A DNA stretch of 64,000 nt from a virus: the IMG/VR virus record IMGVR_UViG_3300005002_000001. One strand, written 5' to 3'. Position 1 is the first letter of the stretch. Every line of letters starts with the position of its first letter. The notes under the pieces were generated by a model. That model made no database searches, was not told the DNA's origin, and saw only the letters and a program-made list of their open reading frames with translations. The translations under genes and the position numbers were made by a program. Below, one piece after another: positions 41,914 to 50,400 of this stretch.

Positions 41914-42738
41914 ATGGCTTCAAAATTTTTCGGTTCCGTCCTTCGTACTCTTTCGAAGGCGAGTTTGCTTCTCCTCTTTCCGGTAGCCCTCGTTAGTACA
42001 TGCAACGGTTGCCATCCGACAAAAACGGCAGAGTCGCTCGGAAAGGCGCAGCAGGCAGCCCAGGTCGAACCGATCATCAAAGGTCGAGTACTCATTGATC
42101 CCGAGTTCAGCGGACCGGAACGAGAGTTGATCCTGAAGGGGATTCGTATGTGGACGAATCCCCTTTCTGACGTTTTGAAGATGGAGGTCTCGGATAATCC
42201 GGGACGAGAAGCCTTTGAGAACGACATGCAGCAGCGAATGATTTTGGCTCAGGAACGGGCAGCATCCGGCTTGCCCGAACCCGAAGAGGACGAGGAGGAT
42301 ACGTGGGTCGATCCCCATAGCAAGTGGAACTCCTTCGATCCCCGGGCTCCTTTCTGGAGCATGTCCGAAGGTTGCAGCAGCGCTGTTCTCATCCTTCGAT
42401 TTACCAGTGACAGTCCTGTCGTCAAAGCCGTCGAAAAGGCAGTCTCAGGCAACGGTCACGGCGTGCTCTACGGTCATACCAACAACAGCTGCCATAGAAA
42501 AGCCATCATGCTGGTCGCCGATCGTCTCAAGACGGCCGACGAGTTTACCGAGGTCTTCGCCCACGAATTCGGACACGTCCTGGGACTCAGGCACGATTTC
42601 GAGAGCGACGTCAGCATCATGCATCCCGAGGACAAGTCAACGCGCTGCGTCACTCGTCGAGATGTCAGTTCTTTCTGCGCGCGTTGGAACTGTCCCAAGC
42701 ACCGCCCCTATATGTCGGAATCACGATCCTGCGGTTGA
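41914..42738 (+). CDS. secreted zinc metalloprotease, metzincin type
   Basis: signal peptide; HEFGHVLGLRH (HExxHxxGxxH) followed by SIMHP Met-turn; track ORF 41905 trimmed to ATG. Confidence 0.65.
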   Translation: MASKFFGSVLRTLSKASLLLLFPVALVSTCNGCHPTKTAESLGKAQQAAQVEPIIKGRVLIDPEFSGPERELILKGIRMWTNPLSDVLKMEVSDNPGREAFENDMQQRMILAQERAASGLPEPEEDEEDTWVDPHSKWNSFDPRAPFWSMSEGCSSAVLILRFTSDSPVVKAVEKAVSGNGHGVLYGHTNNSCHRKAIMLVADRLKTADEFTEVFAHEFGHVLGLRHDFESDVSIMHPEDKSTRCVTRRDVSSFCARWNCPKHRPYMSESRSCG

Positions 42739-42773
42739 TGTAAACGATCTGCTACCCATGGTATGATAGTGCC
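42738..42773 (+). promoter_or_regulatory. promoter variant TGTAAAC-N16-TATGAT-N8-ATG
   Basis: gatgtaaacgatctgctacccatggtatgatagtgccATG. Confidence 0.45.
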
Positions 42774-44027
42774 ATGGGACTGAAGCAGACTTTCAAACTC
42801 GCCGTTCAGGAATATCTCGAGACCCATTCCCTCGCCGATCTGGAGAGGGAATTCGGCGTCTCGGCGCGCCTCTCGTCGAGCGGCACCAAACTGTCTCTCA
42901 ACTACGATCAGGTGGCTTCGAAGCCGGGAACGATCGTCAACCAGTGCCGCGGTCTCATCATCAGGCCGCAGACTCCTCGAGTCTTGAGCGATGATCCGGA
43001 TTACGCTTCTAAGATCTTTGGCAAGTCCAAGGTCGTGGCGTATCCCTTTAATCGTTTCTACAACTATGGTGATCACAGCGTCGAAGTGGCTGTCGATCTC
43101 AATGACGTCGAACTCCGAGTCGAGGAAAAGATCGACGGCACCCTCATCATCGTTTACCTCGATGACGTCACCAAAGAATGGTGTGTCGCGACGCGCTCGG
43201 TGGCTGAGGCCGATGTTCCTATCTCGGCGGGCGCCGTCACTCACGGCGATCTGACTTTTCGAAAGCTCTTCGATCGAGCCGTCAAGGCGACGACGGGCGT
43301 CAGCTTCAAGCAGCTGTCGGAAATGCTCGATTCGAACTTCACCTGGATGTTCGAGCTCGTCTCTAACGTCAACAAGGTCGTCGTCTCGTACGACGAGGGT
43401 ATCGTCCTTCTGGGTTGTCGTTCGATCTGGACGGGCAAGGAACAGGTCGATCCGTCCCAGTATTTCGGCATCACCGTGCCGTCGATCGCTGATATCATTC
43501 CGCGTCCCAAGGTGCACTCGTTGTCTTCTATCGAGGATATCGTCAAGTTCGTCAACGAACGCAAAGGCACGGAAGCCGAAGGCGTCGTCCTGCGCGATTC
43601 CAAATTCAATCGCGTCAAGATCAAGAATCCAGAATACGTTCTGGCTTCGAAGTCACGCGATATGCTACTGTCGTCTCGACGAAACATGATCCACTACATC
43701 CTCGCCGAGAAGATCGACGATGTCATGCCTCTTCTTGACAAAGAGACGGCGAGCGCCGTCGAAAAGGCTCGAATCGATCTGATGCACATCTTCGATTCGA
43801 TGGATCGTAACTACGATATCGCTTACAACTGTTCCGATCAGGGACGAGATCGTAAGGCCTTCGCGGGGCAGGTGATGATGCTCAAATACAATAGCAAGTG
43901 CTTTTTCGATCGGCTGATCGGGAAGTGTACTTCGGCGAAAGACTTTTACATGACGCTCGCCAAGTCCGATAAGATCAGCACGAGCAATCTCGATCACCTG
44001 GACAAGCTCATCAAGGATCTTCCTTGA
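42774..44027 (+). CDS. ATP-dependent polynucleotide (RNA) ligase, covalent nucleotidyltransferase superfamily
   Basis: motif I EEKIDGTLIIVY (KxDG), motif IV/V EAEGVVLRDSKFNRVKIKNPEY; size and architecture similar to Rnl2-type RNA ligases. Confidence 0.6.
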   Translation: MGLKQTFKLAVQEYLETHSLADLEREFGVSARLSSSGTKLSLNYDQVASKPGTIVNQCRGLIIRPQTPRVLSDDPDYASKIFGKSKVVAYPFNRFYNYGDHSVEVAVDLNDVELRVEEKIDGTLIIVYLDDVTKEWCVATRSVAEADVPISAGAVTHGDLTFRKLFDRAVKATTGVSFKQLSEMLDSNFTWMFELVSNVNKVVVSYDEGIVLLGCRSIWTGKEQVDPSQYFGITVPSIADIIPRPKVHSLSSIEDIVKFVNERKGTEAEGVVLRDSKFNRVKIKNPEYVLASKSRDMLLSSRRNMIHYILAEKIDDVMPLLDKETASAVEKARIDLMHIFDSMDRNYDIAYNCSDQGRDRKAFAGQVMMLKYNSKCFFDRLIGKCTSAKDFYMTLAKSDKISTSNLDHLDKLIKDLP

Positions 44028-44446
44028 GGGCCGAAAAGCTCTTGGCGCAGGCCGTAGCCAAACTGCGGGCCGAACACGAGGAGCTCCTGAAAACGGAGCT
44101 CACGGCTTTTCACTGCGCGATTCTCGTGTCGGGCGGAGCGATCCTGTCCGTCGGTTTCAACAAGCCGAAGGTCAATTCCTTCGTCGCGGTCTACGCTCAT
44201 CATCCTGATGTGCAGACTATCCATGCCGAGATCGACGCAATCCTTCAAGTTCGCCGCAAGACCGATCTGACGGGTTGCAAGATCTACGTTGCCAAACTGG
44301 GACGCAACGGAGAAGTGGGAAACTCCTGCCCGTGCGCCATGTGTCACGAGGCTCTTCACAACTACGGTATCAAGCGAGCGTATTACACCGTCAACGAGAC
44401 TACTTATGCTGTAGAGCGCCTTAGCGGCGAGGAGTGGCCCAAATGA
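44024..44446 (+). CDS. CDA-fold zinc-dependent deaminase (TadA/dCMP-deaminase-like)
   Basis: HAEIDAI ... SCPCAMCHEAL (H-A-E and PCxxC zinc ligands); TTGA overlap start. Confidence 0.6.
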   Translation: MRAEKLLAQAVAKLRAEHEELLKTELTAFHCAILVSGGAILSVGFNKPKVNSFVAVYAHHPDVQTIHAEIDAILQVRRKTDLTGCKIYVAKLGRNGEVGNSCPCAMCHEALHNYGIKRAYYTVNETTYAVERLSGEEWPK

Positions 44447-44607
44447 TCGTGATCGATTTGGTCAATGGTGATGACGTCATTACCATCCCACCAGAAGATT
44501 CTCCGGAAGAGAAGGCGCGCAAGGAAAAGATGCGCCAGGAAGCCCTCAGAAAAATCTTCGAACGAGCGCCTAGGCCTCAACTAGAGATCGTCGAAATTAA
44601 GCGGTAG
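44443..44607 (+). CDS. hypothetical small protein (54 aa)
   Basis: ATGA start; MIVIDLVNGDDVITIPPEDSPEEKARKEKMRQEALRKIFERAPRPQLEIVEIKR. Confidence 0.35.
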   Translation: MIVIDLVNGDDVITIPPEDSPEEKARKEKMRQEALRKIFERAPRPQLEIVEIKR

Positions 44608-44941
44608 AGGGCAATCTAGCCTCGATGACGATGGCCACCAGCGTATTCCCGCTGGGAGGAGCCGCGGTCGGATCGGTCGTCACCCAGTGCTCGTATTGGC
44701 TGGTCGCGACTCGATAGCCACGCATGCGATATTTCTGCGCCACGGCCGCGACAGCTACGCTCGTCGCGGGGAGCGTTTTGATGTCGAAACCGCTAAAATC
44801 CGCCAGCGTATTGCCTTCTCGGATATCGAGATTGCTGACAGGCAAAATGTTTCGACCATCAAAGGAAGCAGGAGTCGGTCCCACTAAGTCGAAAGCACCC
44901 AGTCCGACGAAATTTAAATCAGCGAATTCGTTACCCGCCAT
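44597..44941 (-). CDS. hypothetical protein (last gene of minus-strand structural operon)
   Basis: track ORF. Confidence 0.5.
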   Translation of the reverse strand: MAGNEFADLNFVGLGAFDLVGPTPASFDGRNILPVSNLDIREGNTLADFSGFDIKTLPATSVAVAAVAQKYRMRGYRVATSQYEHWVTTDPTAAPPSGNTLVAIVIEARLPSTA

Positions 44942-44958
44942 GGCTTTAAATATCGAAG
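44942..44958 (-). promoter_or_regulatory. ATATTTAAAGCC motif immediately 5' of ATG (minus strand), overlapping upstream stop codon
   Basis: 17-mer ATATTTAAAGCCATGGC identical to the one at ~22534. Confidence 0.35.
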
Positions 44959-46124
44959 CTCATCGTTCGACCGGTACGAATTCCGTTTTGAAATCCAGGC
45001 TGGCTGCCTGACCAAGGGATCAGAATCTTTCCGGCCGTAGCAGTCGACGTACCAAACGCAGCCGAGGACGAAGTAGGAGTGACGGTATGAGTCGCCATAC
45101 CGATTCCGTAATTGAGATGATTGATCGTGCCCAGGATTCCGTTATCGATGCCCTCTGATAGCACTACCCACATCGGAAATCGCTCATATGATCCGCTGTT
45201 GACGAAGTTGTTATAGCCGATCGTGCTGTTGACCAGCACTTGAGCCACCCCGTAAAGCCTCGACCCGCTTGTCAGCGTAGGATGAGCTATAGCTCCATCA
45301 ATCGTATCGACGCTGGGGCTAGTAGCTAAGCCATTAGTAGTCGTCCATGTATTTCCCCAAGGACTGTTGCCGGCGCCGCCGTTGCTGATCATGACGTACG
45401 GACTCTCAGGATAAGGCGTGATGCCGGGCCGAGGAGCGTATGATCCGAAGTGGATCACTCGATAGTTGCCGTCGGCTAGTGAATCTGTCAATACTGTCAG
45501 ACTATCTTCGCTGGCGATAACATGATATCTCAATGGTACGATAGTAGTCGAGTTATCATTTACGATCGACATGTAATTTCGACTGCCCGAATACGTGCCA
45601 CCGTGGCTAAGTGATCTAGGGAAAAATGATCCCTTACCATCGGGCGTCAGTTTCCAAACCGGATCTCCGATAGATGCTGAAGTGAGGCTGTACGTACCGT
45701 TCCACGGGCCGTCAGCCGAACCGGTGTTCGAGCCCGAGGGATGACTAGCAAAAGAGAAACCGAGATTTCCCCTCGCAGTCGACGTATTTGTCGTCGCCCA
45801 GCCGGCCGGACGCATAGGTCCATTGGAGACGACCGACCCGGTGGCAACAAACACCATGCAGTCGAACTTGCCCATCGAAGCAGAGTGGAATCGAAAGATA
45901 GCAAAAGCTCGATGCCCGGCGCCGATCGTTCCCTGATCCCAGAACGTAAATCCTGTACCGGCGACTCCGTAATTGGCAGCGATCATTTCGATGCCAAGAT
46001 CCGAGCAGCTCGAAAGATGCTGCACGGTATTGACGAACATTTCGCCGACCGTTCGACTGTCCGTTCCCGTGGAATCGGATGTCGGGTTCATATAGCAATC
46101 TACTCGTCCTCTATATTTGGGCAT
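44946..46124 (-). CDS. virion/tail-fibre-associated protein, paralogue of 46133-47389
   Basis: shared N-terminus MPKYRGRVDC and many conserved blocks (FHSASMGKFD, HPSGSNTGSADGPWNG, TPYPESPY). Confidence 0.55.
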   Translation of the reverse strand: MPKYRGRVDCYMNPTSDSTGTDSRTVGEMFVNTVQHLSSCSDLGIEMIAANYGVAGTGFTFWDQGTIGAGHRAFAIFRFHSASMGKFDCMVFVATGSVVSNGPMRPAGWATTNTSTARGNLGFSFASHPSGSNTGSADGPWNGTYSLTSASIGDPVWKLTPDGKGSFFPRSLSHGGTYSGSRNYMSIVNDNSTTIVPLRYHVIASEDSLTVLTDSLADGNYRVIHFGSYAPRPGITPYPESPYVMISNGGAGNSPWGNTWTTTNGLATSPSVDTIDGAIAHPTLTSGSRLYGVAQVLVNSTIGYNNFVNSGSYERFPMWVVLSEGIDNGILGTINHLNYGIGMATHTVTPTSSSAAFGTSTATAGKILIPWSGSQPGFQNGIRTGRTMSFDI

Positions 46125-46132
46125 CTAAAACC

Positions 46133-47389
46133 TCAGACATCGAAATTCATGGTTCGGCCTGTTCTGTGTTGCCAATTGGTGCCCGGGGCCGAACCGGACC
46201 ACGGCACAATAATCTTGACGCTCTGAGCTCCTGCCAATCCCATAGCGGCCGAGCCTGATGCGTAACTGACGGAATTCGGATTCATCCCGTACCCCCATGC
46301 TACGTGTTTGGCCAGGCCCAGAATGCCATTGTTAGTTCCTTCGGAGATAGCTACCCACATGGGTATTTTTTCAAAAGATCCGCTATTGACGAAATTCGTG
46401 TATCCAGCGATCGAAGCCAATCCACCGATGGTAACATGCCCAAAGATCAAAGCTCCCGATAACAAGCTGGGATGCGCAACAGCACCGTCGGGAGTTCCTG
46501 TTCCTCCGGCGACGCCGGCCGTCTGACCGATGTTTGCCTGTGTATAAAAAGCACCGACAGGGTTGACAGTCGATACAGTGTTTGTAAACATGTAATACGG
46601 GCTTTCGGGATAAGGAGTCGATCCCGAGCGCGGGAAATACGGCCCGAAATGTGTCACCTTATACGAGGCATCGTTAGCGTGATCGACCAAGAATGTGAAG
46701 GAATCCTCGCTCAACAAAATGTGATAACGAGCAGGCAAAAATGTAGCTTCGGAGCTTACTTGAGAGCCGTCTTCATTAAGAGTCGCTAGATAATTGCGGC
46801 TAGCCGAGTATGTGCCGGCGATGCCGTTGGCGCGTGGAAAAAACGCGCCTTTGCTGTCAGCGGTCGTCTTCCACAACGGATTGTTAGCAGACAGTCCCGA
46901 GTTTCCGATGCCCAGGGTGGCGGACGTCAAGCTATAGCTTCCATTCCACGGACCGTCGGCTGAGCCGGTGTTCGAACCCGAGGGATGGCATGCAAAAGAC
47001 ACGCCGAAATCTCCATAGAGATAATTCGAACCGACAAATGAGGTTGTCTGCTGGGACATGACAACTCCGCCGAAAGTCTGACCGCTGCTAGCTGAGACTT
47101 GATAGAGTAACATGTCGAATTTACCCATCGAAGCTGAGTGAAATCGAGCGACTATCCAAGTTCGGGGCCCAGTAGGAGTGCCTTGATCCCAGAATTGGAA
47201 TCCCGTCCCACCGGCGCCGTAATTAGCAGCAATGATTTCGATGCCAAGTTCGGGTCCGTACTGCTGTATGTGTTGCACAGTGTTGATGAACATTTCACTG
47301 TGTGCACGAGGACCTCTCCAGTTGCCGGCATTGGGATCTACCTGCAATGGAAACGAAAAGCAATCTACTCGTCCTCTATATTTGGGCAT
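46133..47389 (-). CDS. virion/tail-fibre-associated protein, paralogue of 44946-46124
   Basis: see 44946. Confidence 0.55.
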   Translation of the reverse strand: MPKYRGRVDCFSFPLQVDPNAGNWRGPRAHSEMFINTVQHIQQYGPELGIEIIAANYGAGGTGFQFWDQGTPTGPRTWIVARFHSASMGKFDMLLYQVSASSGQTFGGVVMSQQTTSFVGSNYLYGDFGVSFACHPSGSNTGSADGPWNGSYSLTSATLGIGNSGLSANNPLWKTTADSKGAFFPRANGIAGTYSASRNYLATLNEDGSQVSSEATFLPARYHILLSEDSFTFLVDHANDASYKVTHFGPYFPRSGSTPYPESPYYMFTNTVSTVNPVGAFYTQANIGQTAGVAGGTGTPDGAVAHPSLLSGALIFGHVTIGGLASIAGYTNFVNSGSFEKIPMWVAISEGTNNGILGLAKHVAWGYGMNPNSVSYASGSAAMGLAGAQSVKIIVPWSGSAPGTNWQHRTGRTMNFDV

Positions 47390-47401
47390 GCGTTACCTTA
47401 A

Positions 47402-50386
47402 TTAGGTCGTTTCTACTTCAAGCATCGCGCTCTTGACTATAGCGGCTCTATTAGAACCGGTGGGTGTACACCAGAATCTAGCTTCGATGATGCCGGATCC
47501 TGTCACCGAGCTCAGAGCGGCGGTGATCTCTCTAGAGAAATAAGTAAATGTCGTCGATGATCCCGTGACGACGGAACCTGAGATGGGCTGCGGAATTCCG
47601 TTGATGATTCCGTTGTAATCATACAGATCGGCATACGCTACTGTCGTACCCGAGACAGGAGCCAAGATCGTTCTGAAATAGAACTTCTTAGTACCAGCAG
47701 GCAATTGCGTCTGATCGAGATATGCCATTCCTAGAGATTCATTCGACCCCGATCCCTGATCTGTCGTGGCGATACCATTCATCAGATTGAATTTGTTGGA
47801 CTGAGTGACGGGTGTGCCCGAGAATTGGACTTCGAGCCAGGCACTCTTGCAGATAGCAGCGAGATCCGATCCGGTCGGCGTGCACCATAGACGAGCTTCA
47901 AAAATTCCGGAGCCCGTGACGCTCGTCAGGACGCTCGTCAGGTCCTTAGAAAAATAAGTGAATGAGGTGGAGGAACCGGTAACGATCGAGCCCTGAATTA
48001 TCTGAGGGACCCCTGAGATGATTCCGTTGTAGTCGTAGAGCTCTAGGTAAGCGACGGTCGATCCTGTCGATGGCGCCAATATCGATTTGAAATAGTAGCT
48101 TTTGGTACCGATCGGTAGCGTCGATTGATCGAAGTACGTCATACCGATAGATTCGACGGACGACGATGGCTGGGTCGTTGTGACGGTCTCGTGAGTAATT
48201 CCGTATCTCATGATACGGTTTGAACTGCCGTTGGTCGAGATGACGACGCTGCTGTTGGGACCGTTATCGACGATGGAGATGCCCGTGCCGGCCGTCAACA
48301 CTCTTTCGTTGGGCAGAGAAGACGTAGTCCCTAGAACGACGTAGGAGGCAGAAACATCGGCTCCTCCGCCCGATCCTCCGAACGATCCGGATCCGATCGT
48401 TATGGGATCGGCGATTCGAAACACAGTGACGCGACCGGTCACCATATTTTCTCCGTCTATTGGATTCGAAACGTTCCACGTGCCGGCTGTGCCGGTGTTT
48501 CTGACATATTGCAGTCTGAAGCTGCTGCCCGATATCAGAGAAATGATGCCATCTAGGCGGGCGTTGCCTGCAGCGTCTGACGCGTTGTCATATGACGTCT
48601 GCTGGATTATCGAGCCGTCCGAACCGCTGAGCCTAAAGGCGAGATATCCGGTCGACATGGCATAGTTGAAGTCCGAATGCCAGGCGTAATATCCGTCTTT
48701 GCTAACGAACCACGTCGATGCGCTTCTAGAAATACCGTTGCGAATTCGATCTTGGAATCCCGATGCGATGTTTGTGAAATCGGTCCAGGTGGTATTGTTA
48801 CCCCAGTTCAAAGACTGAGTCGTAAAACCGTCGTATATGTCAGCTGATTGAGATGATGCTCCCGTCAGACCGATAGTGACGCTGCCGCCCGGACCGCCGT
48901 CCGTGATCGCGATGCCCGTGCCAGCCGCTAGCACTCTTTCATTAGGCAGAGATGCCGTCAACGCCATGACGACGTAAGACGCGTCTCCATCTCCCGTTCC
49001 GGAGCCGCCGCCCGAACCTGAGAACGTTCCGGAAGCCGTCGAACTGATCGTGATCTGTCCGTTGGAAGCCGAAGTGATGATGATATTCGATCCGGCGACA
49101 AGATACGACTGGCCGTTCGTCAACCTCGTTAGAGATCCCGAAAGACCGGCCGTGTGATTCGTCACGCCCGAGAATGTTGAACCCGAAATAGTGGCGACGA
49201 TTCGATCGTCGATGAAGATGTTATAAGTGCCGCCGGCACCGCCATCGGTGAATTTGATGCCATTGATGGGAGCAAAGACACGTTCTGCCGTCAGCGTACC
49301 GTCAGCTGTCAATACGAGATAGGTCGCATTGATCGGTGCATCGATAGAAGAGGATGCAGCCAGGCCTGTAATCGTCACCTGTCCGTTGGAGGCCGACGTG
49401 ACCGTGATGCCGGTACCTCCGACGATGTAGGATCGACCGTCCGTCAAGCGTGTCAACGATCCTGAGAGACCCGCGGTATGAAGCGTCGCTCCAGTGAAAG
49501 TGGATCCCGAAATAGTGGCAACGACGCTGTTATTGATGGCCCACGTGACAGGACCGTTCGCGCCGCCATCGGTGACTCGAATTCCCAGGCCACCGCTGAC
49601 GAAACGCTCGTTAGTCAGCGATGCCGTCAAAGCCATGACGACGTATGACGCGCCTGGATCGGCATTCGCGCCCGAGCCTGTTGTTTGCGTGATCGACGTT
49701 ACTCGTCCTTGAGAATCGACCGTGATTTCGCTGGGATATGTGTAAGTTCCAGGAGTTCCCGTATTAGCCAGTCCTAGATTGGCGTTGGGAGACGTCGTAT
49801 CGAGCGTCAGATGTCCCGGGGTGACGGACAACACTCGAGAGTTAGAAAGACCGATTTCAGTTCCCCAAACGACATAACGAGAATTATTCGGAGCTCCGCC
49901 GCCGGCCCCTGAGGCACCGAGAGCCAGCGAGACCCAGCCTTGTCCCGTCCAAACGAACATGATTGCGCCGAAAGCGACAACGATGTTCTGAGCCGTCTGG
50001 CCGTCGATAGTCGATCCATCGGTCGTCTGAATTCGAATGGGCGTTGCGTTGCTAGCAGTTCCTCGATAATCTTTGATGATATGGGTCTGACCAGCATTAG
50101 CGGGCGGCGTGGGCAAATTGACCGTGACTTGCACTCCCGAATCATTCAGGATGAAGTACGCGATCTTGTCGTTGGTTACTCTGACATTAGCCGCATCAGC
50201 CGGACTACTGATCTGAAGAACGAACGCGTTGATATCTAGAGCGCCTCTTAGAATGAGCGCGCCTGGACTGCCTTCAAATCCGACCTGCAGATCTTTGGGC
50301 GTGACGACAGTGACAACGTCACCCTTACCGTCACGAATGACGATCTGCGGAGTCCTCTTAGCTTCTGCTACGTTGAAACTAGGCAT
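47402..50386 (-). CDS. repeat-rich fibre protein (tail-fibre-like), 994 aa
   Basis: internal ~90-aa tandem repeats (VATISGSTF(T/S)G(A/V)T(L/N)HTAGLSGSLTRLT(D/N)G...), three ASYVV(M/L)...NERV blocks, duplicated ~130-aa C-terminal domain (…YFDQSTLPIGTKSYYF… / …YLDQTQLPAGTKKFYF…). Confidence 0.6.
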   Translation of the reverse strand: MPSFNVAEAKRTPQIVIRDGKGDVVTVVTPKDLQVGFEGSPGALILRGALDINAFVLQISSPADAANVRVTNDKIAYFILNDSGVQVTVNLPTPPANAGQTHIIKDYRGTASNATPIRIQTTDGSTIDGQTAQNIVVAFGAIMFVWTGQGWVSLALGASGAGGGAPNNSRYVVWGTEIGLSNSRVLSVTPGHLTLDTTSPNANLGLANTGTPGTYTYPSEITVDSQGRVTSITQTTGSGANADPGASYVVMALTASLTNERFVSGGLGIRVTDGGANGPVTWAINNSVVATISGSTFTGATLHTAGLSGSLTRLTDGRSYIVGGTGITVTSASNGQVTITGLAASSSIDAPINATYLVLTADGTLTAERVFAPINGIKFTDGGAGGTYNIFIDDRIVATISGSTFSGVTNHTAGLSGSLTRLTNGQSYLVAGSNIIITSASNGQITISSTASGTFSGSGGGSGTGDGDASYVVMALTASLPNERVLAAGTGIAITDGGPGGSVTIGLTGASSQSADIYDGFTTQSLNWGNNTTWTDFTNIASGFQDRIRNGISRSASTWFVSKDGYYAWHSDFNYAMSTGYLAFRLSGSDGSIIQQTSYDNASDAAGNARLDGIISLISGSSFRLQYVRNTGTAGTWNVSNPIDGENMVTGRVTVFRIADPITIGSGSFGGSGGGADVSASYVVLGTTSSLPNERVLTAGTGISIVDNGPNSSVVISTNGSSNRIMRYGITHETVTTTQPSSSVESIGMTYFDQSTLPIGTKSYYFKSILAPSTGSTVAYLELYDYNGIISGVPQIIQGSIVTGSSTSFTYFSKDLTSVLTSVTGSGIFEARLWCTPTGSDLAAICKSAWLEVQFSGTPVTQSNKFNLMNGIATTDQGSGSNESLGMAYLDQTQLPAGTKKFYFRTILAPVSGTTVAYADLYDYNGIINGIPQPISGSVVTGSSTTFTYFSREITAALSSVTGSGIIEARFWCTPTGSNRAAIVKSAMLEVETT

Positions 50387-50400
50387 TTAGTCGAAGCCCG

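Noticed and set aside
46308-46789. Plus-strand ORFs inside the minus-strand structural genes (46308-46526, 46472-46789, 48402-48665 and others)
   Set aside because: They are short and embedded antisense in long paralogous structural genes, with no start signals.
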